A stretch of 64,000 bases of DNA from an uncultured Pelagibacteraceae bacterium (GTDB lineage: Bacteria; Pseudomonadota; Alphaproteobacteria; Pelagibacterales; Pelagibacteraceae), in contig CACFLA010000005.1 in the NCBI GenBank assembly GCA_902566975.1, positions 8,375-72,374 of the forward strand, in the 5' to 3' direction. Shown in pieces: positions 49,144 through 56,788 of this stretch (positions are counted from its first letter, which is position 1; the number at the start of each line of letters is the position of its first letter). The translations under genes and the position numbers were made by a program. The notes under the pieces were generated by a model. It was given only the letters and a program-made list of their open reading frames with translations. It searched no databases and was not told the origin of the DNA.

Positions 49144-49674
49144 ATGAACGGTTTTGAAATAAATAAAATTATAGCTGCAATTATCTTTACAGTACTTGTT
49201 GTTTTTGGAATTGATAAAGTAACAGATCTGATTTTTTACGTAGAAAAACCAAAAGAAGCTGCTTATGTCGTTGAAGCTCCAGTTGCAAAAACCGCGGTAT
49301 CAACAGCAGGGTCCGGTGGTTTAAATATAAAAGATTTTCTGGCTCTTGGAGATATAGAGCATGGAAAAGCAGTTTTTAAAAAATGTTCTGCTTGTCACGT
49401 AGTTGCAAAAGGCGGAAAAAATAAAATTGGTCCAGTTTTATATGGTGTTTTAGGTAGAAAATCGGGTGCAATAAGTGATTATAAATATTCTAAAGCGTTA
49501 ATTGCTCATGGAAAAGTTTGGTCTTACGAAGAAATGAATGGATATCTTTTAAAACCTACGGCTCACATAAAAGGTACAAAAATGGCTTTTGCAGGATTGA
49601 AGAAAGAAAAAGATAGAGCTTCAGTAATTCTTTATATGAATACTCAAAGTGATAGCCCTCTACCTAAACCTTAA
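49144..49674 (+). CDS. cycM: Membrane-anchored class I cytochrome c (CycM-like)
   Basis: N-terminal TM anchor, then [12 protein letters not shown] heme site and a distal Met region (GTKMAF). Confidence 0.8.
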   Translation: MNGFEINKIIAAIIFTVLVVFGIDKVTDLIFYVEKPKEAAYVVEAPVAKTAVSTAGSGGLNIKDFLALGDIEHGKAVFKKCSACHVVAKGGKNKIGPVLYGVLGRKSGAISDYKYSKALIAHGKVWSYEEMNGYLLKPTAHIKGTKMAFAGLKKEKDRASVILYMNTQSDSPLPKP

Positions 49675-50598
49675 TTATTTTAAACACCATTCAATTATAC
49701 TTTTCTGGGCATGAATTCTATTAAAAGCTTGTAACCAAACAACTGATTGTTTTCCATCCATAACATCGTTAGTAACTTCTTCACCCCTACTTGCCGGAAG
49801 ACAGTGCATAAATATTGCATCTGTTTTTGCTGAGTTCATTAACTTTTTATTAACCTGAAACTTTTTTAAAATTTTCTTTTTTTTCTTTTTGTCGCCTTTA
49901 TCACTCATAGATATCCATTTATCAGTCATTACACAATCTGCGCCCTCGACAGCTTCGAAAGGATCTTCAGTAACTAAAAGTTTACAATTGTTTTTTTTTG
50001 CTTCACTTACTATTTTTTTATTTGGCTGGTATTTTTTTGGACAAGCAATTTTAAGTTCAAATTTAAACTTAGTTGCAGCTTCAATAAAAGAATTCGCTAC
50101 ATTATTTCCATCTCCTAGCCACGCAATAGTTTTCCCGTTTATATCACCTTTAGATTCCTCAAAAGTTAAAATATCAGCCATTATTTGGCACGGGTGACTG
50201 AGGTCTGTTAGTCCATTTATAATAGGAATGTCTAAATGCTTTTGAAATTCATCAACATCATTATGAGAATCTGTTCTTATCATCAAAATATCTGCGTATT
50301 GGGAGAGAACCTTGGCTGTATCTTTTATGGTTTCATCTCCTTTACCATAATGAATTTCATCTTGGTTTAAAATAATTGAAGAGCCTCCTAATTGTTTCAC
50401 TGCAAGATCAAAAGATATTCTGGTTCTAGTAGATGGTTTTCCAAAAAGCATAATCATGGTTTTACCTTTTATCGGTAAATCTACATCGGGTTGGGAGTTA
50501 GGTATTTTTCCTCTTTCAGATTTTCTTTTTTTAGCTCCATCGATAATTGATCTAAGATCATTTTTCGATAAATCTGAAATATTAATAAAATTTTTCAT
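49675..50598 (-). CDS. argF: Ornithine carbamoyltransferase
   Basis: STRTR, HPCQ, DKWISM and HCLPA motifs. Confidence 0.9.
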   Translation of the reverse strand: MKNFINISDLSKNDLRSIIDGAKKRKSERGKIPNSQPDVDLPIKGKTMIMLFGKPSTRTRISFDLAVKQLGGSSIILNQDEIHYGKGDETIKDTAKVLSQYADILMIRTDSHNDVDEFQKHLDIPIINGLTDLSHPCQIMADILTFEESKGDINGKTIAWLGDGNNVANSFIEAATKFKFELKIACPKKYQPNKKIVSEAKKNNCKLLVTEDPFEAVEGADCVMTDKWISMSDKGDKKKKKKILKKFQVNKKLMNSAKTDAIFMHCLPASRGEEVTNDVMDGKQSVVWLQAFNRIHAQKSIIEWCLK

Positions 50599-50600
50599 TT

Positions 50601-51767
50601 TTAATTATAATTTTTGCAAACTTTTCTAATTATGTTTACTGCAAGATCTAATTCTTGTTTTTTAACATTTAAAGGAGGCAGAATTCTGACTACATTTTCT
50701 CCTGCTCTTATTGTAAGTAATTTGTTTAATTCTAATTTTTTAATAAAGTTTGATTGGTCTTCAAAAAGTTGTAATCCGATCAATAGTCCAATCCCTCTTA
50801 CCTCTTTAATTATATCTGGGTAATCTTCTTTTATTAGGTTTAATTCATTAATAAAATATTTTGATAATTTTTGTACATTTTGTAAAAATCCTTTTTTAAA
50901 CATTTGATCCATAACAGCATTTCCAACGCTCATTGCTAAAGGATTTCCACCGAAAGTACTTCCATGAGATCCAGCTGTCATCGCGGGCGCCACCTTTTTA
51001 TTCATTAAAACTGCGCCAATTGGAAAACCACCACCAATACCTTTGGCTATTGGAACAATATCAGGCTTTATTTTAGCATGTTCAAATGCGAAGAATTTAC
51101 CAGATCTACCTACTCCACATTGAACTTCGTCAAGGATTAAGAGTATTTTTTTCTTATTACAGAGTTTTCTTAAACCCTTTAAACACCAATCAGGTATAAC
51201 TTTTATTCCTGACTCGCCCATTGCAGTTTCACACATTATTGCTGCTGTTTTTTTTGTAATGGCTTTTTCTAAACCTTTGTGATCAGCAAAGTCAAAATGA
51301 TCAAACCCTGGTACTTTGGGCCCGAACCCCTCAGTCATTTTCTTAGATCCGCTTGCAAAAATTGCAGCCAAAGTTCTACCGTGAAAAGAATTCTTTATAC
51401 AAAGTATTCTATTTTTTTCAGGTTTCCCTTTTGAATAAAAGTATCTTCTAGCAACTTTTACAGCAACTTCAGTGGCTTCAGCACCGCTATTTTGAAAAAT
51501 AACATAATCTGCAAAAGTTTTTTGTTTTAATCTTCTTGCAAGTTTTTCACCTTCTGGAATTAAAAATGCATTTGATACATGCCAAACTTTTTTTGCTTGT
51601 TTATTCATCATTTTAGTTAAATAAGGGTTTGCATGACCCAATGAATTAACTGCAATACCTTGAACAAAATCTAGGTATTTCTTACCATTTGTAGAATAAA
51701 GAAAACTTCCCTTACCTCTTTTAAAAGAAATTTTTCTTCTGTTGTAATTTTTAGCTAATGCAGACAT
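50601..51767 (-). CDS. argD: Acetylornithine aminotransferase
   Basis: Class-III aminotransferase (SGAEA, LDEVQCGVGRSGK, PIAKGIGGG). Adjacent to argF. Confidence 0.88.
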   Translation of the reverse strand: MSALAKNYNRRKISFKRGKGSFLYSTNGKKYLDFVQGIAVNSLGHANPYLTKMMNKQAKKVWHVSNAFLIPEGEKLARRLKQKTFADYVIFQNSGAEATEVAVKVARRYFYSKGKPEKNRILCIKNSFHGRTLAAIFASGSKKMTEGFGPKVPGFDHFDFADHKGLEKAITKKTAAIMCETAMGESGIKVIPDWCLKGLRKLCNKKKILLILDEVQCGVGRSGKFFAFEHAKIKPDIVPIAKGIGGGFPIGAVLMNKKVAPAMTAGSHGSTFGGNPLAMSVGNAVMDQMFKKGFLQNVQKLSKYFINELNLIKEDYPDIIKEVRGIGLLIGLQLFEDQSNFIKKLELNKLLTIRAGENVVRILPPLNVKKQELDLAVNIIRKVCKNYN

Positions 51768-51768
51768 T

Positions 51769-52584
51769 TTAAGACTTTATTTTATACCCTTTTTTATAAA
51801 GTAAGTAAGACACGAACCAAAGTAAAATTGATAATCCTACAAGATAGATTGATCCAATAAAAATCGAGCCATCTGATTTTTCTAAGAAACCATATCTGAA
51901 ACCATCGATCATATAGAAGAAGGGATTACATTTGCTTATTGTTTGTAATATTTCAGGTAATCTTTCTATTGAATAAAATGTTCCTGATAAGAACGATAAA
52001 GGTATAATGATAAAACTAGTTACTGTTGCCATATGATCAAATTTTTCTGCCCACAAACCTGCTATAACGCCAATACAACCAAGTATAATAGATGAAATTA
52101 AGGTGAAAAAAATTACGGCATAAATATTTCTAATCTCAATATCTACTAAAAAATAAAATATTATTATTGATATGAAGGCAATCATAAAGCTTCTGGTTGC
52201 AGATGCTAAAACAACTGCGGTTGTAACTTCACCTGGTGAAAGGGGAGCGTATAAAATATCAACAATGTTTCCTTGAATTTTACCAATCATAAAAGATGAG
52301 GAAGAGTGTGAAAACGCTTGTTGTATTACCTGCATTGCAATTAATCCGGGTGCTAAAAAAGTAATAAAAGGATAACCTAAAACGTCTGCTCTTTCGTTAC
52401 CTATCGCTAGTGCTAAAACTAAGAGAAACAGTAAGGATGAAATTATTGGCGATAAAAGGGTTTGAATCCAAACAATAAGGAATCTTAAAACCTCTTTTTT
52501 GTAAAGTGTCCACAACCCAATCCAATTTACAAAGCCAAAAGTTACAGTATTTTTAAGTTTATATTTTTTACTAATTTCAACCAT
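51769..52584 (-). CDS. ABC-2 type transporter permease (YadH-like), no adjacent ATPase
   Basis: Six-TM ABC-2 pattern with an N-terminal LYKKEVLRF-type motif. The upstream neighbour is the divergent gcrA. Confidence 0.7.
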   Translation of the reverse strand: MVEISKKYKLKNTVTFGFVNWIGLWTLYKKEVLRFLIVWIQTLLSPIISSLLFLLVLALAIGNERADVLGYPFITFLAPGLIAMQVIQQAFSHSSSSFMIGKIQGNIVDILYAPLSPGEVTTAVVLASATRSFMIAFISIIIFYFLVDIEIRNIYAVIFFTLISSIILGCIGVIAGLWAEKFDHMATVTSFIIIPLSFLSGTFYSIERLPEILQTISKCNPFFYMIDGFRYGFLEKSDGSIFIGSIYLVGLSILLWFVSYLLYKKGYKIKS

Positions 52585-52721
52585 ACGTAGTCTTATATCT
52601 TCAAAAAATAATTTTTCTGTGAAAAACTTTTTTTACAACCTAATTATTAATTAATTTATTTTAATACTACTAGATTATGTATTAGTTTAGTACTTAGAAA
52701 CTATATTTAGTTTCTTAGAAT

Positions 52722-53219
52722 ATGAGTTGGACACAAGAAAAAGAAGAAAAATTAAGACAATTGTGGGAAAAAGGCCATACAGCAAGCCAAATAGCAGAGA
52801 TTCTAGGTGATACTACAAGGAACGCTGTTATTGGAAAAGCTCACAGACTCAAACTTGCTGCTAGAGCTCCAAATAAAAAATCAGTAGCTCAGAAAAAAGA
52901 AGTTTCAAATGTTCAAAATAGAAACGATAAACAGATCAGTAGAAAATCTAGATTTAAATCAATTCTTTTAGATAAAAACTTTGAACCTGAGAATCCAAAA
53001 AAATTGGAAGAATTAGGTGATAATAATTGCAGATGGCCCATAGGTCATCCAGATCAAGAAGGCTTTTATTTCTGCGGTAGATCTCCAATTGAAGGATTTT
53101 CTTATTGTAAATTGCACGTGCTTTACGCATTCCAGCCTAAAAATCAAAAAGAGGAGCTCATCGATAAAGAAGATGATGTTCCAGAATTTATTGAGAAAAA
53201 AGTTAAAGCTTCTAAGTAA
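52722..53219 (+). CDS. gcrA: Cell-cycle regulator GcrA
   Basis: MSWT.EK...L..LW..G.SASQIA..LG..TRNAVIGKAHRL N-domain and a C-terminal CRWPIGHP...FCG...YC..H domain. Confidence 0.88.
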   Translation: MSWTQEKEEKLRQLWEKGHTASQIAEILGDTTRNAVIGKAHRLKLAARAPNKKSVAQKKEVSNVQNRNDKQISRKSRFKSILLDKNFEPENPKKLEELGDNNCRWPIGHPDQEGFYFCGRSPIEGFSYCKLHVLYAFQPKNQKEELIDKEDDVPEFIEKKVKASK

Positions 53220-53271
53220 TTCCTTAATAAAACCTTAACAATACTTTAATATAACAATCAGGAGACAAAAT

Positions 53272-53499
53272 ATGAATAAAATAACTATAAAATATCTTAA
53301 ATGGACAAGTACGTTTTTAACCTTATTTGGAATATTGGCATTCTATTTAGATTACTATCCTTACAGCATGATACCTCACGGACTTGGTATTATTGGATGG
53401 ACAGTTGTAGGAACCATAACAAAGGATAAACCGCTACTTACAAACTTTGCATTGCAAATACCTATAATGTTTGCGGGTATAATAAAGTATTCGATATAG
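53272..53499 (+). CDS. Hypothetical 75-aa membrane protein
   Basis: ORF with SD AGGAG 7 nt upstream and two or three hydrophobic segments. No family recognised. Confidence 0.5.
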   Translation: MNKITIKYLKWTSTFLTLFGILAFYLDYYPYSMIPHGLGIIGWTVVGTITKDKPLLTNFALQIPIMFAGIIKYSI

Positions 53500-53503
53500 A
53501 TTT

Positions 53504-53938
53504 ATGAGGAATATTTTGTTTGTGTGCACAGGCAATTCAGCAAGAAGTATTCTTGCAGAAGCTTTGATCAATAAAAATTATAGTTTAAAATTTAAAGCTT
53601 TTAGCGCAGGTAGCAATCCAACAGGGAAAATAAACCCTAATATAAAAAAATATTTAGAAAAAAAAAATTTCGATATATCAAATTATTCTTCAAAGAATTT
53701 TGACCAGTTTTTAAAAAATAAAATAAAAATTCATCAAGTTATAACAGTTTGTAACAATGCCCATAATGAGGTCTGTCCGGTCTGGCCTGAAAAAAAAGAT
53801 ATAATTCATTGGGATATTGAAGACCCAGTTGAAAAAATTAAATCTGCTACTTCTGATACAGAGATTGAAAAAGTAATTGATGAAACTTATGAAATATTAT
53901 CTAATAAGATTAAAGAATGGGTCTCAAATGAAGAATAA
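53504..53938 (+). CDS. arsC: Arsenate reductase, LMW-PTP / thioredoxin-coupled type
   Basis: CTGNSARS P-loop (CX5R) plus the downstream Cys pair in VCNNAHNEVCP. Confidence 0.85.
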   Translation: MRNILFVCTGNSARSILAEALINKNYSLKFKAFSAGSNPTGKINPNIKKYLEKKNFDISNYSSKNFDQFLKNKIKIHQVITVCNNAHNEVCPVWPEKKDIIHWDIEDPVEKIKSATSDTEIEKVIDETYEILSNKIKEWVSNEE

Positions 53939-54581
53939 AATATTTGTTGGTGAATTTATAGGAAGTTGTTTTTTAGTCATGATAATTGTTGGCTCAGGTT
54001 TAATGGCTGAAAACTTAAGTAATGACGTTGCTGTGATGTTAATTGCAAACACAATAGCAACAGGAGCAGGTTTATTTGTGCTTATTACAGTATTTGCTGA
54101 TGTATCAGGAGCTCACTTTAATCCATTTGTAAGTATTGCCATGACAATAACGGGAAAATTAAAAAAGAAACTGCTACCCTACTATATCATTGCTCAATTG
54201 ATTGGTTGCTTGATTGGTGTTGGTTTAGCCAATTTCTTTTTTGAACATGACATTTATGAATTATCTACTAAATCAAGAGATGGAATTTACATATTCACAT
54301 CTGAAGTAATAGCAACATTAGGGCTTATAATAATAATTTTTGGCTCTATGAAGTCAGGAAAAATTGCTGTTGCTGCTAGTGTTGGTCTTTATATTACAGC
54401 TGGTTACTGGTTTACTTCGTCTACTTCTTTTGCAAATCCAGCTGTTGCGATTGCTAGAACTTTTACAGAATCGTTTACTGGTATTAGTTATTTAAACACT
54501 CCTTATTATATCTTAGCTGAACTTGTAGGAATGTTAATTGCTGTATTTATTGTTAAAAAGTTATTTTTAGTGAAAAATTGA
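53928..54581 (+). CDS. MIP-family channel (aquaglyceroporin-like; start trimmed to MKNKIFVGEF)
   Basis: Six-TM MIP fold. The first box reads HFNPF (NPF rather than NPA); the second is ANPAVAIAR. Overlaps arsC by 11 nt. Confidence 0.85.
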   Translation: MKNKIFVGEFIGSCFLVMIIVGSGLMAENLSNDVAVMLIANTIATGAGLFVLITVFADVSGAHFNPFVSIAMTITGKLKKKLLPYYIIAQLIGCLIGVGLANFFFEHDIYELSTKSRDGIYIFTSEVIATLGLIIIIFGSMKSGKIAVAASVGLYITAGYWFTSSTSFANPAVAIARTFTESFTGISYLNTPYYILAELVGMLIAVFIVKKLFLVKN

Positions 54582-54717
54582 AAAATACAAAACTTGCCAA
54601 TCGGATAAGTTTAATTAAAAAATATTAAAAATTTGTAAACTACTGGTTGTATAAAATTAACTTTTAGATTTATGAATTCTGTGATTAAATTAATCATCTA
54701 ATAATCTGGAGGTAAAA

Positions 54718-54927
54718 ATGGGAAAAAAACTAAAAAAAAATGAGAAGAAAAAAACAAAAATTTTAAAAGCAATTGATAGACTGAAAAATAAAATTAAGGC
54801 CAAAGAAAAAAAATTGTCAAAAGTTAATATTAAAATTGCTGGTTTAGAAAAAAAGGTTGCAGAAAAAAAAGCAAAAAAGCTTGCTAAGAAAAATGCAGAG
54901 AAGTCTCCTGCATCTATAAATAATTAA
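54718..54927 (+). CDS. Hypothetical 69-aa lysine-rich basic protein
   Basis: ORF preceded by a strong SD GGAGG (54708-54712). Roughly 40% Lys with heptad-like spacing. No family recognised. Confidence 0.55.
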   Translation: MGKKLKKNEKKKTKILKAIDRLKNKIKAKEKKLSKVNIKIAGLEKKVAEKKAKKLAKKNAEKSPASINN

Positions 54928-54941
54928 TATCAAAAAATTGT

Positions 54942-54974
54942 CTTTCTCCCTTCTCTTAAATAAGAGGGAGAAAG
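54942..54974. terminator. Strong hairpin after the Lys-rich gene
   Basis: CTTTCTCCCT-N13-AGGGAGAAAG (10-bp perfect stem). There is a T6 run only on the minus-strand side (ACAATTTTTT), so orientation is ambiguous. Confidence 0.35.
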
Positions 54975-55138
54975 TAGTGAATTAACAAGATTTAACGGGG
55001 ATAATAACGATTTAAACATCAAATTTTGTTAAGACTTCTTTTAAAGAAACTAAGTAACAAAATTTTTTAATTATTATTAAAGTTTTATGAATTTAAACAT
55101 TATATCTTATAAAGAGATATATATTTGATTTATAATGA

Positions 55139-55171
55139 AATACGCTCGATAAATTTTACCGAGCGTATTTT
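55139..55171. terminator. Rho-independent terminator between convergent genes
   Basis: AATACGCTCG-N11-CGAGCGTATT followed by TTT on the plus strand. On the minus strand it is followed by TTTCATT. Confidence 0.6.
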
Positions 55172-55282
55172 GAGGGAAACGTAATAAATTAATTAAAATA
55201 AATATTAAGGAAGTCTCATAATTAATTAATAATATAGAAATGCTAAAAAAATATTTAAATTAAGTTAAAGATTTATTAATTT

Positions 55283-56788
55283 TCAAGAATAAATGATATT
55301 AGAGTCGACATTCATCTCTCTTGCCAGGTTTTTAAGTCTTTTAGTTACTTGTTTTGAGACTATATCACTATGATTGTTAGGTATTTTCAAAAAAATAGTC
55401 TTATTTCGTTTATAAATTTTAAATTCATCTAACAACAACGAAGACATGCTAGTAAGTGACTCTGCTAATCTTAAAGCAGATCCCACTTGCTTTGAGGATA
55501 AAATCTCGTTGTTATTTAATAAGGATAGAAACTCATAATCCGGGTTATATTTTAAGCCACAATGTCTCCAAAAACTTGCTGATGCAACTTTTACCCTATC
55601 TTTATGATTTAGTTTTAGTAATGGAGTATTTAATACTTCCATAAAAACTAACTCTGCTTTTTGAAAAGCGCCTAGGCCCCAATCCATTTTACTTAAGATA
55701 CAAGCCAAAGTTAGTAATCTTCGATTAAAATATTCGTTGTCTTCAAATAATGGTGAAATAAAATTAAAATATTTCTCAAAACTCTTTCCATAGTCCCCTT
55801 TTTTAAATGATATACCATCAGTTTTTAATTTGAAAATTTCATCCTCGCTCACTCCTTGGTTTATAATTGTATTCATATGCCCCTCTCTCAGTCCACTGAT
55901 TGAGCAAATAACTTTTGAGGGGCTTGCTGCTTCAATTATTTCGTTAAGTATTATAGAGCTAAAAGGTAAATAGGGGGTTCTAGATTTAGTAATATATTCC
56001 AGTGATTTCAAAGATGATTTATTAAATTTTGAAATCCTATTTAAGTAATTAACTGCTACATCTTTTGAGAGTTTGTATTGATGTAAAATATGTAATGGGT
56101 GTTTTTCTTTAAAGAGATGATATTTAAATAATGATCTCCAAGTCCCTCCTACCAAATAAATATTTTTAAATTTCTTTTTAGAAAGCCATTTTTCATCTCT
56201 TAAAAGTTTTCTAACATATTTTCCCAAACTTTTTTTTTTTATAATAGGATTATTTTTAAGTCTTAATACTCCAAGAGGTAAAGAGGTTGTTTCAATAATT
56301 TGATTTTTAGAAACCCTGGCAAGTTCTAAACTTCCACCTCCTAAATCCGCAACTAGTCCATCTACTTCATCAAATCCTATTATTACACCGTTTGCTGATG
56401 TTCTTGCTTCTTCCTCGCCAGATAATACTAGTGGTTTTTTATTAAATATTTTTTCAATTTCTCTTAAAAATTCACTTGCATCAGTGGCCTCTCTAAAAGC
56501 TGCTGTAGCAATAATTTCTAAATCTTGAACGTCTGAAATATCTAAAATTTCTTTAAATCTATTTAAAACTTTTAAAGAACTTTTAATTCCATCAGGATTT
56601 AATTTTTTAGATTTATCTAAATTTTTTCCAAGTTTGCAGACTGCTTTTTCATTAAAAACTGGAATTGGAGAAATTTTAAAATTGTCATATATGAGCATTC
56701 TTACTGAGTTTGATCCAAGATCTATTATGGCTTGTTTAGACTTTTTATTAGACTGAAATTTAAAAAGATTTTTAAATTCTGGTTTCAT
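55283..56788 (-). CDS. ppx: Exopolyphosphatase (Ppx/GppA family)
   Basis: IDLGSNSVRM and ADLGGGSLE ASKHA motifs plus a C-terminal HD-like domain. ATGA overlap with ppk. Confidence 0.88.
   Translation of the reverse strand: MKPEFKNLFKFQSNKKSKQAIIDLGSNSVRMLIYDNFKISPIPVFNEKAVCKLGKNLDKSKKLNPDGIKSSLKVLNRFKEILDISDVQDLEIIATAAFREATDASEFLREIEKIFNKKPLVLSGEEEARTSANGVIIGFDEVDGLVADLGGGSLELARVSKNQIIETTSLPLGVLRLKNNPIIKKKSLGKYVRKLLRDEKWLSKKKFKNIYLVGGTWRSLFKYHLFKEKHPLHILHQYKLSKDVAVNYLNRISKFNKSSLKSLEYITKSRTPYLPFSSIILNEIIEAASPSKVICSISGLREGHMNTIINQGVSEDEIFKLKTDGISFKKGDYGKSFEKYFNFISPLFEDNEYFNRRLLTLACILSKMDWGLGAFQKAELVFMEVLNTPLLKLNHKDRVKVASASFWRHCGLKYNPDYEFLSLLNNNEILSSKQVGSALRLAESLTSMSSLLLDEFKIYKRNKTIFLKIPNNHSDIVSKQVTKRLKNLAREMNVDSNIIYS

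Noticed and set aside
52640-52670. A CtrA-box-like TTAA-N-TTAA in the gcrA upstream region.
   Set aside because: The spacing is 6 nt, not the required 7, and TTAA is very frequent in DNA this AT-rich.
54683-54695. A 13-bp perfect palindrome GATTAAATTAATC upstream of the Lys-rich gene.
   Set aside because: It is pure A/T apart from its terminal G and C. Palindromes of this kind are expected by chance at this composition.
55087-55128. A 13-codon ORF (MNLNIISYKEIYI) followed by a terminator hairpin, resembling a leader-peptide attenuator.
   Set aside because: There is no downstream same-strand gene to attenuate (the next genes are on the other strand) and no SD. It is kept only as part of the candidate sRNA locus.
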